IMG/VR virus record: IMGVR_UViG_3300046490_000013
Location: 1 to 37,483 of that record
Length of the DNA stretch: 37,483 nt
Direction: 5' to 3' (one strand)
DNA from: a virus
Taxonomy: Duplodnaviria > Caudoviricetes
The notes beneath the pieces are model-generated. The model was given only the letters and a program-made list of their open reading frames with translations. It was not told where the DNA came from and made no database searches. Below, piece after piece: positions 1 to 8,243 of the stretch. Position numbers and translations under genes: made by a program. Numbering within the stretch: position 1 is the first letter of the stretch; each line of letters begins with the position of its first letter.

Positions 1-87
1 AGCCAATTCCGACGCCGATAGATCCCAGGACTTTTCGCCGCCCAGGGGAGGGCCGGGCGCAGGCGCACGAACGCGAGAGTCGTTGGG

Positions 88-137
88 CCGCAAGCGGTAT
101 GGGAATATGCTTGTGCTGCAAGGTAATCCGCAAAGGA
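88..137 (+). promoter_or_regulatory. Three mini-hairpins with GCAA cores in the terminase small subunit leader
   Basis: CCGCAAGCGG (88-97), TGCTGCAAGGTA (114-125) and TCCGCAAAGGA (127-137); the last overlaps the purine-rich RBS region before ATG 148. Confidence 0.4.
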
Positions 138-147
138 AGAGGGCGAC

Positions 148-654
148 ATGCCACCAACACCCAAGCACCACAGCACACGAGCCGGCCACACCAAGGCCAG
201 CACGCGCGCCACACTGTTCGAGCCGGAACCCGACGAGATCGAGATCCCTGAGCTGCCGCCGATGCGTCTGATCGAGCGCAAGCGCAAGGGACGCGATGAC
301 GAGGGACTCGTGCAGACCGAGACGTACATGGTCGAGATCCCGTGGCGGCTGGAAACGCAGGAGTGGTGGGAGTCGCTGTGGAGCAGCCCGATGGCCGGTG
401 AGTTTCACGCCAGCGACCGGCACGGCCTGTACCGTCTCGCCGTCCTCATCGATGACTTCTGGCAGCATCCCTCGACGCAGGCGAACGCCGAAATACGTTT
501 GGCCCAAAAGGATTACGGCCTGACCCCGCTCGACCGCCGCCGGCTCGAATGGACTATCGCCAGCGCGGAGAAAGCCACCGACAGCCGGCCCGAACGGAAA
601 CCCAAGTCGGACAGGGACACTGACGGGCCTGACCCGCGCCTGCATATCGCCTAA
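148..654 (+). CDS. Terminase small subunit
   Basis: 168 aa directly upstream of TerL with TAATG overlap. WWxxLWxSPMAxE and AEIRL...YGLTPLDRRRLEW motifs typical of actinophage TerS. Confidence 0.85.
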   Translation: MPPTPKHHSTRAGHTKASTRATLFEPEPDEIEIPELPPMRLIERKRKGRDDEGLVQTETYMVEIPWRLETQEWWESLWSSPMAGEFHASDRHGLYRLAVLIDDFWQHPSTQANAEIRLAQKDYGLTPLDRRRLEWTIASAEKATDSRPERKPKSDRDTDGPDPRLHIA

Positions 655-2333
655 TGGCGACACTCATCGTCCCAGAGGTCGATCTCGCGATCCCCACGCT
701 GGGCGACCAGGTGGCCGAATTCATCGAGGACCGTTGCGTTTTCGGGCCGGGCAGCCTTCAGGATCAACCGGCGAGGCTCGACCCAGAGAAGCTGGGCATC
801 ATCTACCGCTGCTACGAGGTCTACCCGATGGGCCACCGGCTTGCCGGCACGCGCATCTTCGACCGCTGCGCCATCGAGATCCGAAAAGGCTTGGCCAAGA
901 CAGAGTTAGCCGCGTGGATAGCCTTCGCTGAACTCCACCCAGAATCTCCGGTTCGCTTCAACGGCTTTCACGAGGACGGCACGCTTCGCCAGGGCAAACC
1001 CGTTATGGCCCCGTACATCCCGATGATGGCCTCTGCCGAGGAACAGGTGCAGGAACTGGCTTTCGGCGTCCTCAAGTACATCGTGGAACACTCGCCGGAT
1101 TCCGACCTCTTCGACTGTTCCCTCGAACGCATTGTGCGCCTTGGCCGTTCGGGCAACAACGACGGCATGGTGGTCCCGGTGTCGAACGCGCCGGCGACGA
1201 GGGACGGCGCGAGAACAACTTTCGAGCATTTCGATGAGCCTCACCGTCTGATCCTCCCCAATGCCAAGCACGCTCACGAGACGATGATCCAGAACCTGCC
1301 CAAGCGTCAATTGGAACACCCGTGGGCCTTGTACACCAGCACCGCCGGTCAGCCCGGTCAGCAGAGTGTCGAGGAGGACGTGCGCGCCGAGGCCGAGGCC
1401 ATCGCAGAAGGCAAGGCTCCCAACAGTTCTCTGTTCTTCTTCAGCCGGTGGGCCGGTCCCGAATTCGATGACCTGTCGACCGTCGAGGCGCGCGTGGCTG
1501 CCATCGATGAGGCCACCGGCCCGTGCGGGGAATGGGGTCTGGGTCAGTTCGAGCGCATCGCAAAAGACTACGACCGCAAGGGGATTGACAAGAGCTACTG
1601 GGAGCGCGTCTACCTGAACCGGTGGCGCAAGAGCGGATCGCAAGCCTTCGACATGAAGAAGGTGAACGCTCTTGTCCGACATGAGACTGGCGGTGCCACA
1701 AAGGATCTGGGCAAGGCACACAGGATTCTGAAGGGCGCGTTCTGCACCATCGGCTTCGACGGCGCGCGGTTCCGCGACTCGACGGCGTTGGTACTCACCG
1801 AGATCGAGACGGGCCTGCAACAGATCCTGGGCCTGTGGGAACGCCCGACGAACCTGCCAGACGACGCCAAGTGGGAGGTCGACCACCAGGACGTGGATGG
1901 TGTTCTGCAAGAAGCGTTTTCGGAGTACGAGATCTGGCGTGCGTACTGCGATCCCCCGTATTGGGTTGAGACGGTGGCGGATTGGGTGGCCCGGTATCCC
2001 GATCAGATCATCGAGTGGTGGACGAACCGACCCCGCGCGATGGCGTATTCACTGAGGAACTACACCGAGGCGATAGACTCCGAGTCAATTGCGTTCGGCG
2101 GCAACGATGTTGCGGATCTCGTCCGACATATCGGGCACGCCGGGCGCAAGGACTTGAAGATTCGCGACGATGAGGACGTGCCCCTGTGGGTCTTGCAGAA
2201 GCAGGACGGCCAGTTGGCCAACAAGTTCGACGCCTGCATGGCCAGCGTGCTCTCGTGGGAAGCTCGAACGGACGCAATTCGAGAGGGCGCAAAGCCACGT
2301 CAGAAGGTAGGCGCACCGCGCCGGTTGTACTGA
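654..2333 (+). CDS. Terminase large subunit
   Basis: 559 aa. Walker A-like RKGLAKTE, Walker B-like FEHFDEPH, STAG coupling motif, RNase H-like nuclease motifs IGFDGARFRDSTAL and KFDACMA. Confidence 0.95.
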   Translation: MATLIVPEVDLAIPTLGDQVAEFIEDRCVFGPGSLQDQPARLDPEKLGIIYRCYEVYPMGHRLAGTRIFDRCAIEIRKGLAKTELAAWIAFAELHPESPVRFNGFHEDGTLRQGKPVMAPYIPMMASAEEQVQELAFGVLKYIVEHSPDSDLFDCSLERIVRLGRSGNNDGMVVPVSNAPATRDGARTTFEHFDEPHRLILPNAKHAHETMIQNLPKRQLEHPWALYTSTAGQPGQQSVEEDVRAEAEAIAEGKAPNSSLFFFSRWAGPEFDDLSTVEARVAAIDEATGPCGEWGLGQFERIAKDYDRKGIDKSYWERVYLNRWRKSGSQAFDMKKVNALVRHETGGATKDLGKAHRILKGAFCTIGFDGARFRDSTALVLTEIETGLQQILGLWERPTNLPDDAKWEVDHQDVDGVLQEAFSEYEIWRAYCDPPYWVETVADWVARYPDQIIEWWTNRPRAMAYSLRNYTEAIDSESIAFGGNDVADLVRHIGHAGRKDLKIRDDEDVPLWVLQKQDGQLANKFDACMASVLSWEARTDAIREGAKPRQKVGAPRRLY

Positions 2334-2349
2334 GAGACAAGGGATTCCG

Positions 2350-3915
2350 GTGACTGCACCCGACAACACGATTGCCACCATCGACGGCGGCGCGTCCCTC
2401 GTCGGTGAACCCAACGTCCCGGCCAAGACTCCAGAGGACTGGCTTCAGATCCTGGCACGCCGGCTCGACCTCCGACGCAACCACGTCAACCGGCTGCGGC
2501 AGTATGTGGACGGCAACGCCCCTCTGCCCGAAATGTCTGATGAGACAAAGGAAGCCTGGCAACGCTTCCAGCGCAAGAGTCGAACCAACTGGGGCGAACT
2601 GATCGTCTCGTCTGTGGTGGATCGCGTTGTGCCCAACGGCATTACGGTCAACGGCGACCCCAAGCACCCGAAAGCCAAACTGGCACAGAAGATCTACCGC
2701 GACAACCGGATGGACTCTGTCATCAAGGACTGGCTTCGAGCCGGCCTGACGTTCGCGCAGTCATACATGACGGCGTGGCGTGGCACCGACGGCAAGCCGG
2801 TGATCACTGCGGACTCACCGGAGACGTTCTGCGTCATCACCAACCCCCTCCAGAAGTGGCGACCCATTGCGGCACTGAGGGTTTGGCGTACAGAGGAACT
2901 GGCACGCGACTACGCGATGGTGTGGACCGACGGCGTGTGGACCCAATTCTCAAGGCCCACATACACATCGGTGGAGCACAAAGTCATCCCCACCCGGTGG
3001 CTCACCAACCTGGCCGAGGGATCATGGACGCGGATCGACACCGGAACCAGCATCGACATCCCCGTCGTTGTCTACAACAATCCTGACAGCGCAGGCGAAT
3101 TCGAGTACCACACCGACCTCATCGACCGCATCAACGCGGGAATCCTCGAACGTCTCGTCATCGTCGCGATGCAGGCGTTCCGGCAGCGCGCTCTCACGGG
3201 CGGAATGCTGCCAGAGAAGGACGAGCAGGGCAACAGCATCGACTACTCGAAGGTGTTCGCGCCGGCTCCAGGTGCGCTGTGGAATCTTCCCGCAGAGATG
3301 GAGATCTGGGAGTCGCAGCAGATCGACACCGGCCCGATCCTCAACGCAAGCAAGGATGATGTTCGCCAGTTGTCCGCTGTCACAAGGACTCCGCTGCCGA
3401 TGCTGATGCCCGACAGCGCGAATACCAGCGCGGAGGGCGCGAGGTCTGCGGAGAACGGCTACATCTTCCGATGCAAGGACAGGTGCAACGAGGCGAAGCT
3501 GGGCGCGATTGCGATCCTCGTGACCGCGCTCGCGATGGCGGGTGAGGAACTGGCCGACGACGAGACTCTCGATGTGAGTTTCGAACCGGTGGAACGGATT
3601 ACGCTCGCGGAGAAGTACACGGCGGCGTACCAGGCGAAGCAGGCCGGCGAGTCGATCAAGTCGATCCAGCGAAACGTGTTGGGGTACAGCCCAGATCAGA
3701 TCGCGCAGGACTCCATCGACCGCGCGCAGGATGCGTTGATAGCAGCCAGCTTTGCGCCGCCGCAGCAGCAAGCTCTGCCGCCGGGACAGAATCCGCAGAG
3801 GTCTGCGGAAGTGCAGCAGCGCAACGGATCTGCGCCGCCGGCTGCGAATGACCAACGGCCACAGAAGGTTCCGAGTCAGCGCGTCCCGGTGAAGCCGGCC
3901 AGTGGCAAGCCGTAA
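2350..3915 (+). CDS. Portal protein (SPP1 gp6-like) with Pro/Gln-rich C-terminal tail
   Basis: 521 aa after TerL. SRTNWGELIV, GEFExHxDLIDRIN and MQAFRQRA motifs of actinophage portals. Confidence 0.93.
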   Translation: MTAPDNTIATIDGGASLVGEPNVPAKTPEDWLQILARRLDLRRNHVNRLRQYVDGNAPLPEMSDETKEAWQRFQRKSRTNWGELIVSSVVDRVVPNGITVNGDPKHPKAKLAQKIYRDNRMDSVIKDWLRAGLTFAQSYMTAWRGTDGKPVITADSPETFCVITNPLQKWRPIAALRVWRTEELARDYAMVWTDGVWTQFSRPTYTSVEHKVIPTRWLTNLAEGSWTRIDTGTSIDIPVVVYNNPDSAGEFEYHTDLIDRINAGILERLVIVAMQAFRQRALTGGMLPEKDEQGNSIDYSKVFAPAPGALWNLPAEMEIWESQQIDTGPILNASKDDVRQLSAVTRTPLPMLMPDSANTSAEGARSAENGYIFRCKDRCNEAKLGAIAILVTALAMAGEELADDETLDVSFEPVERITLAEKYTAAYQAKQAGESIKSIQRNVLGYSPDQIAQDSIDRAQDALIAASFAPPQQQALPPGQNPQRSAEVQQRNGSAPPAANDQRPQKVPSQRVPVKPASGKP

Positions 3916-6823
3916 GTCTCGCAGCTTCGCCAACCCGGCCTACCGGGAAGATGTCCTCCGGTACTCGCCGGAAGAGGCGTACCGCAACGCCGTCCGAGAC
4001 GTGAATCACCGTGTGGTGCAATACGTTCAGCAGGCATACCGATCTGACCCGAGGTTCCTGACAAGCCAAGGTCATGTCGACCGGTTGACCGCGATGATGG
4101 CCCCGATGGTGCAGGCCGGCCAGGTGCAGGTTGCGGACCTGACCAACGCCCACCTGTCGACCCTGTTCGGCGTGAAACATCCACCCGCGCCCAACCTTTC
4201 GGAGTTCGCGCGCGAAGGAGTCACCGCCACAACGGAATTGGCCCGGCCGTTCTGGACGGCGATCAAGGCAGCGCAGGCAGGCAAGGACTTCGACGCCGCG
4301 ATGGCAGCCGGCGAGGCGAGGCTCACCAAGATGGTGCAGACCGACCTCCAGATGGCGAAGGTCCGACAGGCGCGAGACGTGTTGAAGGCAGGCGGAATTC
4401 AGCGGTATGCGCGGGTGACCGGCGGCACCGCGTGCTGGCTGTGCGAGATCGCCGCCACCCAGGTCTACTACACAGAGGATCTCCTGCCGATCCATCCCTC
4501 GTGCAACTGTTCAGTGCAGCCGATCCCCGACGGCGGCGAAGCGGAGATCCGCGACGGCTTCACTCCAGACGAGATCTTCCAGCATGCCACCGATCAAGTG
4601 AAGCTCATGGCTGGATTAGTGGAAAATGAAGCACCACTGGAGGATTACCAGAAGCTGGTCGAGGTCCGCGATCACGGCGAGATCGGCCCGATGCTGACCT
4701 GGAAGCACCAGAACTTCACCGGCCCAGGCGATCTGCCGGTTCCGCCGTCCAAGGAAGTACTGAATCACCAGGCCGGAATCGCAACTCCCGCAATGGAATC
4801 TGCGGATCGCCTTCGCATCAAGGCCGGCACCGACCCGGCCAGCACCGACCCGTGGTGGGTGAAAGAGGATATGCGCGAAGGTCAAGTGCCGCGCAGATTC
4901 GTCAACATCGAGATGGGCGCGCCCTACAAGTGGTATCCCGATTCCCCGTACACCACCAAGGAGGGGAAGTGGCTGGAGAACCGTCATCCCGGCCTCGTCA
5001 CCTCGTTCTCCAACATCGAAGATCCCACTGCCGTAAAGCAATTCGTCAACGGCTTCGACAAGATGGCGCAAAAATATCCCGAAGTCACGGTGACCGTGGT
5101 CAATTCTGACAATCTGTGGCAGGCCAACGCGCAAACGGAATATCACACGAGCGTCTCCACCGTTAATGGCAAGCTTCGCGGACTGGTGGAGAGCAAGGTA
5201 ACCCTGAACCGATCAGACTCAATTCCCGAGCAGGCCAAGAAGTTACGCGATACGGTGAAGGAATCTCCCAGCGTCTACGGTCAGATTTACCCGAACGGGA
5301 AGCACGACATCTTCTACGGGAACGCCGTCCATGAGTACGGGCACGTCATGGTTCACGCTGGTGACTACCAAGCAACGGAAGCGGAAGCCAAGCAGGTTCT
5401 CAAGCAGATGTGGAAGGCCCAGAAGGGAGAGCCAGGCGGCATCAAACTGTATGGCGAATGGTTCGAGTCGGCAGTCCCTTACAGCTACGCGAGAACCAGT
5501 ATCGGGGAGACGCTCGCCGAATGCTTCAAGGACGTAGAACTGAACGGCAGCAAGGCTTCTGACGTATCGAAGGCGATGCACAAGATCGTTGTCGACAACT
5601 ACAACAATCAAGTTCCGGTAATGGAACGCCGGAAGCCGTCCCGCAAGTCGCCGTCAAAGATCGTGGCTGAGAAGGAAGCAACGCGCGGCGAGAAGTATCT
5701 GGCCCAGTATCAGAAGAAGGCCGAGAAGTTCACGAAAGACGCAGAGGCGCAAGCGAAACGAGACGCCGCCGCAGCCAAGAAGGCAGCAGCAGCCGCAGCC
5801 AAAGCGGAGAAGGCAGCAGCCAAGGAAGCGCAGTTGGCAGCCGAGGCCGAGCTTCGAGGACCGCCGCCCGGTGAGACGCGCAAGTTGCTGCCCAACGGAG
5901 ATCCGTTGCCCGACAAGGCGGAACGTGTCTCCAACCTTCGCGCCCGAAAGCCCGAGCTCGTCGCCAACCAAGGTGCGCGCTACGAGGAACTGACCGATCA
6001 AGAGAAGATAAACGGAAGACGTTGGTACGCAGACCAATGCACCACCGCAGCCAACCAGGCCATCGATGGTGGGCATGGATTCACGCCGCTGCAAGGAGTT
6101 TCGGTCAACGGCGCGCTGTCGCCGCAGACCAAGTATCCGATCAACACGGCGCAAGGCGAGCGATACCTGAGTGTGCCGCGCGGAGAAGGTAATTCGGCCA
6201 TCCGCAAGATGCCGATCAGTGCCACGAACGCGATGGGAACCAACGCAGAGCGTGCCGACAGGCTTTCCACCGCAAAGACTTTCGATGAGATGCTGACCGC
6301 GCTCCACGAAAAGACCGACGCCAAGAAGTTGACCAACTACATCTCGTCGGCCTGGGTCAAGGCTCATCCAGAGGACATCGCTGACCGCGCAAAGCTTTTC
6401 ACCGTCGACACCTGGGCCGTCCGCACGATGGATCACTCGCAGCAAGAGATCCGCGACGTGTTGAAACTGCCGGCCGGCACCAGGCTGTCGGAGCGACAGG
6501 AGTCGCGCGGCGAACTGCTGCTCAGTTCGAAAAAGTATGGGACGCACTGGGAATGGAGCAAGGGCAAGGGGAAGTGGGTCGAGCTTCCCAACTATCGAGC
6601 GGTCGACATGATCGGTGACGACTACGATGTATTCCAAGAGGCCGGTGTCGAGGCGGCGTCGAAAGCATCTGAATTTGCAGGCACTTACGAGTCGCGGTTC
6701 AACGAGGCGACAGGGAGGTTCGAGACAGTGATGGTCGATGACAAGCCATCGAAGTGGCTGCCAGAGGACTACCAGGCCGCGCTGTGGGGCCAGATCGTTC
6801 CGGCGGCACCGCCCGGTGTCTGA
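3902..6823 (+). CDS. Capsid maturation protease / MuF-like minor head protein fused to a zincin-like domain and a C-terminal uncharacterised (possibly glycosylase-like) domain
   Basis: 973 aa between portal and scaffold. N-terminal ~280 aa has YARV...ACWLC...PIHPSCNC and ends HGEIGPML...FTGPGDLP. HEYGH at aa 477-481, ETLAE at aa 536-540, Ala/Lys linker, then WY...ALSPQ...K...TVDTWA...YQAALW. Confidence 0.85.
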   Translation: MASRKSRSFANPAYREDVLRYSPEEAYRNAVRDVNHRVVQYVQQAYRSDPRFLTSQGHVDRLTAMMAPMVQAGQVQVADLTNAHLSTLFGVKHPPAPNLSEFAREGVTATTELARPFWTAIKAAQAGKDFDAAMAAGEARLTKMVQTDLQMAKVRQARDVLKAGGIQRYARVTGGTACWLCEIAATQVYYTEDLLPIHPSCNCSVQPIPDGGEAEIRDGFTPDEIFQHATDQVKLMAGLVENEAPLEDYQKLVEVRDHGEIGPMLTWKHQNFTGPGDLPVPPSKEVLNHQAGIATPAMESADRLRIKAGTDPASTDPWWVKEDMREGQVPRRFVNIEMGAPYKWYPDSPYTTKEGKWLENRHPGLVTSFSNIEDPTAVKQFVNGFDKMAQKYPEVTVTVVNSDNLWQANAQTEYHTSVSTVNGKLRGLVESKVTLNRSDSIPEQAKKLRDTVKESPSVYGQIYPNGKHDIFYGNAVHEYGHVMVHAGDYQATEAEAKQVLKQMWKAQKGEPGGIKLYGEWFESAVPYSYARTSIGETLAECFKDVELNGSKASDVSKAMHKIVVDNYNNQVPVMERRKPSRKSPSKIVAEKEATRGEKYLAQYQKKAEKFTKDAEAQAKRDAAAAKKAAAAAAKAEKAAAKEAQLAAEAELRGPPPGETRKLLPNGDPLPDKAERVSNLRARKPELVANQGARYEELTDQEKINGRRWYADQCTTAANQAIDGGHGFTPLQGVSVNGALSPQTKYPINTAQGERYLSVPRGEGNSAIRKMPISATNAMGTNAERADRLSTAKTFDEMLTALHEKTDAKKLTNYISSAWVKAHPEDIADRAKLFTVDTWAVRTMDHSQQEIRDVLKLPAGTRLSERQESRGELLLSSKKYGTHWEWSKGKGKWVELPNYRAVDMIGDDYDVFQEAGVEAASKASEFAGTYESRFNEATGRFETVMVDDKPSKWLPEDYQAALWGQIVPAAPPGV

Positions 6824-7034
6824 CGATCCCGACTTCTGGTACACCGTCTCTCATTCGAGTGGCCGAATCTCCAAGTGCTACAACTGGTTCCAGGCGTACA
6901 ACGAACTGGCGGAACCCGGCGCGGTGGGCACCATCAAGCATCACGGCCATGTCATCGCCAGCCGGCACACCGACGGCAAGTGGATGTGGGCGGCGCGGTT
7001 CTGGGAACCTGGACTCGATGTGGAGGTCGAATGA
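6816..7034 (+). CDS. Small hypothetical protein (72 aa, MSDDPDFWY...)
   Basis: GTG at 6816 overlaps the upstream stop; ATGA overlap with the next gene; same frame as track ORF 6738..7034. Confidence 0.65.
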   Translation: MSDDPDFWYTVSHSSGRISKCYNWFQAYNELAEPGAVGTIKHHGHVIASRHTDGKWMWAARFWEPGLDVEVE

Positions 7035-7288
7035 TGTTGCTACGCCCACTCACTGATGAAGAGTTGCGCGTCTCCTTCACCATCGCGCTCGACGGCATCG
7101 TGGCCGGAAAGTGGAGCGCGTGCCCATCCGGCACCGGGTTGGACGATCAGACGATCAGCGTCATCAATGCCCTTGCCTCGCAACCAGATCCGAAAACGCC
7201 GGCCGACATCGCCGCGTGCAGAACAGAATTCGCGCGCCAACTCGACGGGACACACGCTCGCGAGGACGCAGAAAGCTATGCGGAGTGA
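7031..7288 (+). CDS. Small hypothetical protein (85 aa, MMLLRPLTDEELR...)
   Basis: GGAGG RBS, ATGA overlap upstream, GTGA overlap downstream; looks acidic and helical. Confidence 0.75.
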   Translation: MMLLRPLTDEELRVSFTIALDGIVAGKWSACPSGTGLDDQTISVINALASQPDPKTPADIAACRTEFARQLDGTHAREDAESYAE

Positions 7289-7500
7289 TCGAGTCGTACT
7301 GGGCTGAGACAGCCGACGGCGAACGCCACCAATGCGCCACGCCATCGGCTGCATGGGCGATCCTCATCAACCTGAGAAAGCAGGGAAGGATCGTGTGCCA
7401 GAACAGGATTGACGACAACTCTCCCAGCACATGGACCGTTATCGACCGCGACCCAGACGGCTACTGGTCAGAGATACCGTCTCCGATTACCGTTGTGTAG
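7285..7500 (+). CDS. Small hypothetical protein (71 aa, MIESYWAE...)
   Basis: GTGA overlap with the previous gene; same frame as track ORF 7111..7500; shares a residue pattern with 6816..7034. Confidence 0.65.
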   Translation: MIESYWAETADGERHQCATPSAAWAILINLRKQGRIVCQNRIDDNSPSTWTVIDRDPDGYWSEIPSPITVV

Positions 7501-7526
7501 CAACAGTTTTGGTACGCTCGTCACAG

Positions 7527-7589
7527 TTTCATCCGCAGAGGTGAAAGTACCAGTCCCGCAACGGGATTGGATCGGCGTAACGCTGGAGG
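7527..7589 (+). promoter_or_regulatory. Three tandem hairpins in the scaffold leader, the last overlapping the GGAGG RBS
   Basis: TTTCATC-cgcaga-GGTGAAA (7527-7546), CCAGTCCCG-caa-CGGGATTGG (7550-7570), TCGGCG-taa-CGCTGG (7572-7586); RBS at 7585-7589. Confidence 0.6.
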
Positions 7590-7598
7590 CGAATTCCC

Positions 7599-8222
7599 TT
7601 GTCCGATACCGCAACTGACACTCCTACCCCGGCCAACATGCCGGTCAGTCTGATCGTTGAGACTGACCCGGCGATCACCGAAACGCCCAGTGCGACAGAG
7701 ATTCCCGAGGCACCCGCCGACGGCACGATCACCGCAGACGAGCGTGAGGAACTGGCCAAGCTTCGAGCCATCCACAAGGATGAGCAGAAGTGGGAACGGC
7801 GCGCCAAGGAAAACTTCGAGAAGGCCAAGAGGCTGGACGAGTTGGAGATGGCGAAGAAGTCAGTCGAGGAACGATTGATTGCCGAGCGCGATCAAGCCCT
7901 CGCCACTGCGGAAACCGAACGGACAGAACGGCTTCGAGAGAAGATCTCGCGCGAGACTGGAGTCCCGCCGGATCGGATCACCGGAGCGACTGAGGATGAC
8001 ATGAGGGCAGATGCGGAGAACGCGCTCTCGTGGGCCAAGGAGTTCGCCAAGAAGACTGCCGGCCCACTGGGCGCACCCGCTGCCGCTGTGACCGGAGACG
8101 GCAAGGGACCACAGGCTCCCGCGCAGTTGAACAGAGACGACCTTAAACGCATGACCCCGCAGCAGATCATCGAGGCCGAGAAAGCCGGCCGACTTGACTA
8201 CCTGAAGGGTCTTAACTCCTAA
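7599..8222 (+). CDS. Scaffolding protein
   Basis: 207 aa, TTG start after GGAGG. Acidic Pro/Thr-rich N-terminus, coiled coil KWERRAKEN, C-terminal LKRMTPQQIIEAEKAGRLD; directly upstream of the capsid gene. Confidence 0.9.
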   Translation: MSDTATDTPTPANMPVSLIVETDPAITETPSATEIPEAPADGTITADEREELAKLRAIHKDEQKWERRAKENFEKAKRLDELEMAKKSVEERLIAERDQALATAETERTERLREKISRETGVPPDRITGATEDDMRADAENALSWAKEFAKKTAGPLGAPAAAVTGDGKGPQAPAQLNRDDLKRMTPQQIIEAEKAGRLDYLKGLNS

Positions 8223-8243
8223 CGGAGACAGGACAATACGATC

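Noticed and set aside
654-2333. Intein or intron in the terminase
   Set aside because: Normal length, continuous motifs, no intein splice-junction or homing endonuclease signatures seen.
4735-4744. Shorter CCGGTTCC matches inside coding regions (4736, ~23478, ~28258, ~29717)
   Set aside because: Matches of about 8-10 nt within ORFs and not at translation starts, compatible with chance. The 4736 copy falls at the MuF core/extension junction, but I cannot support a meaning for that.
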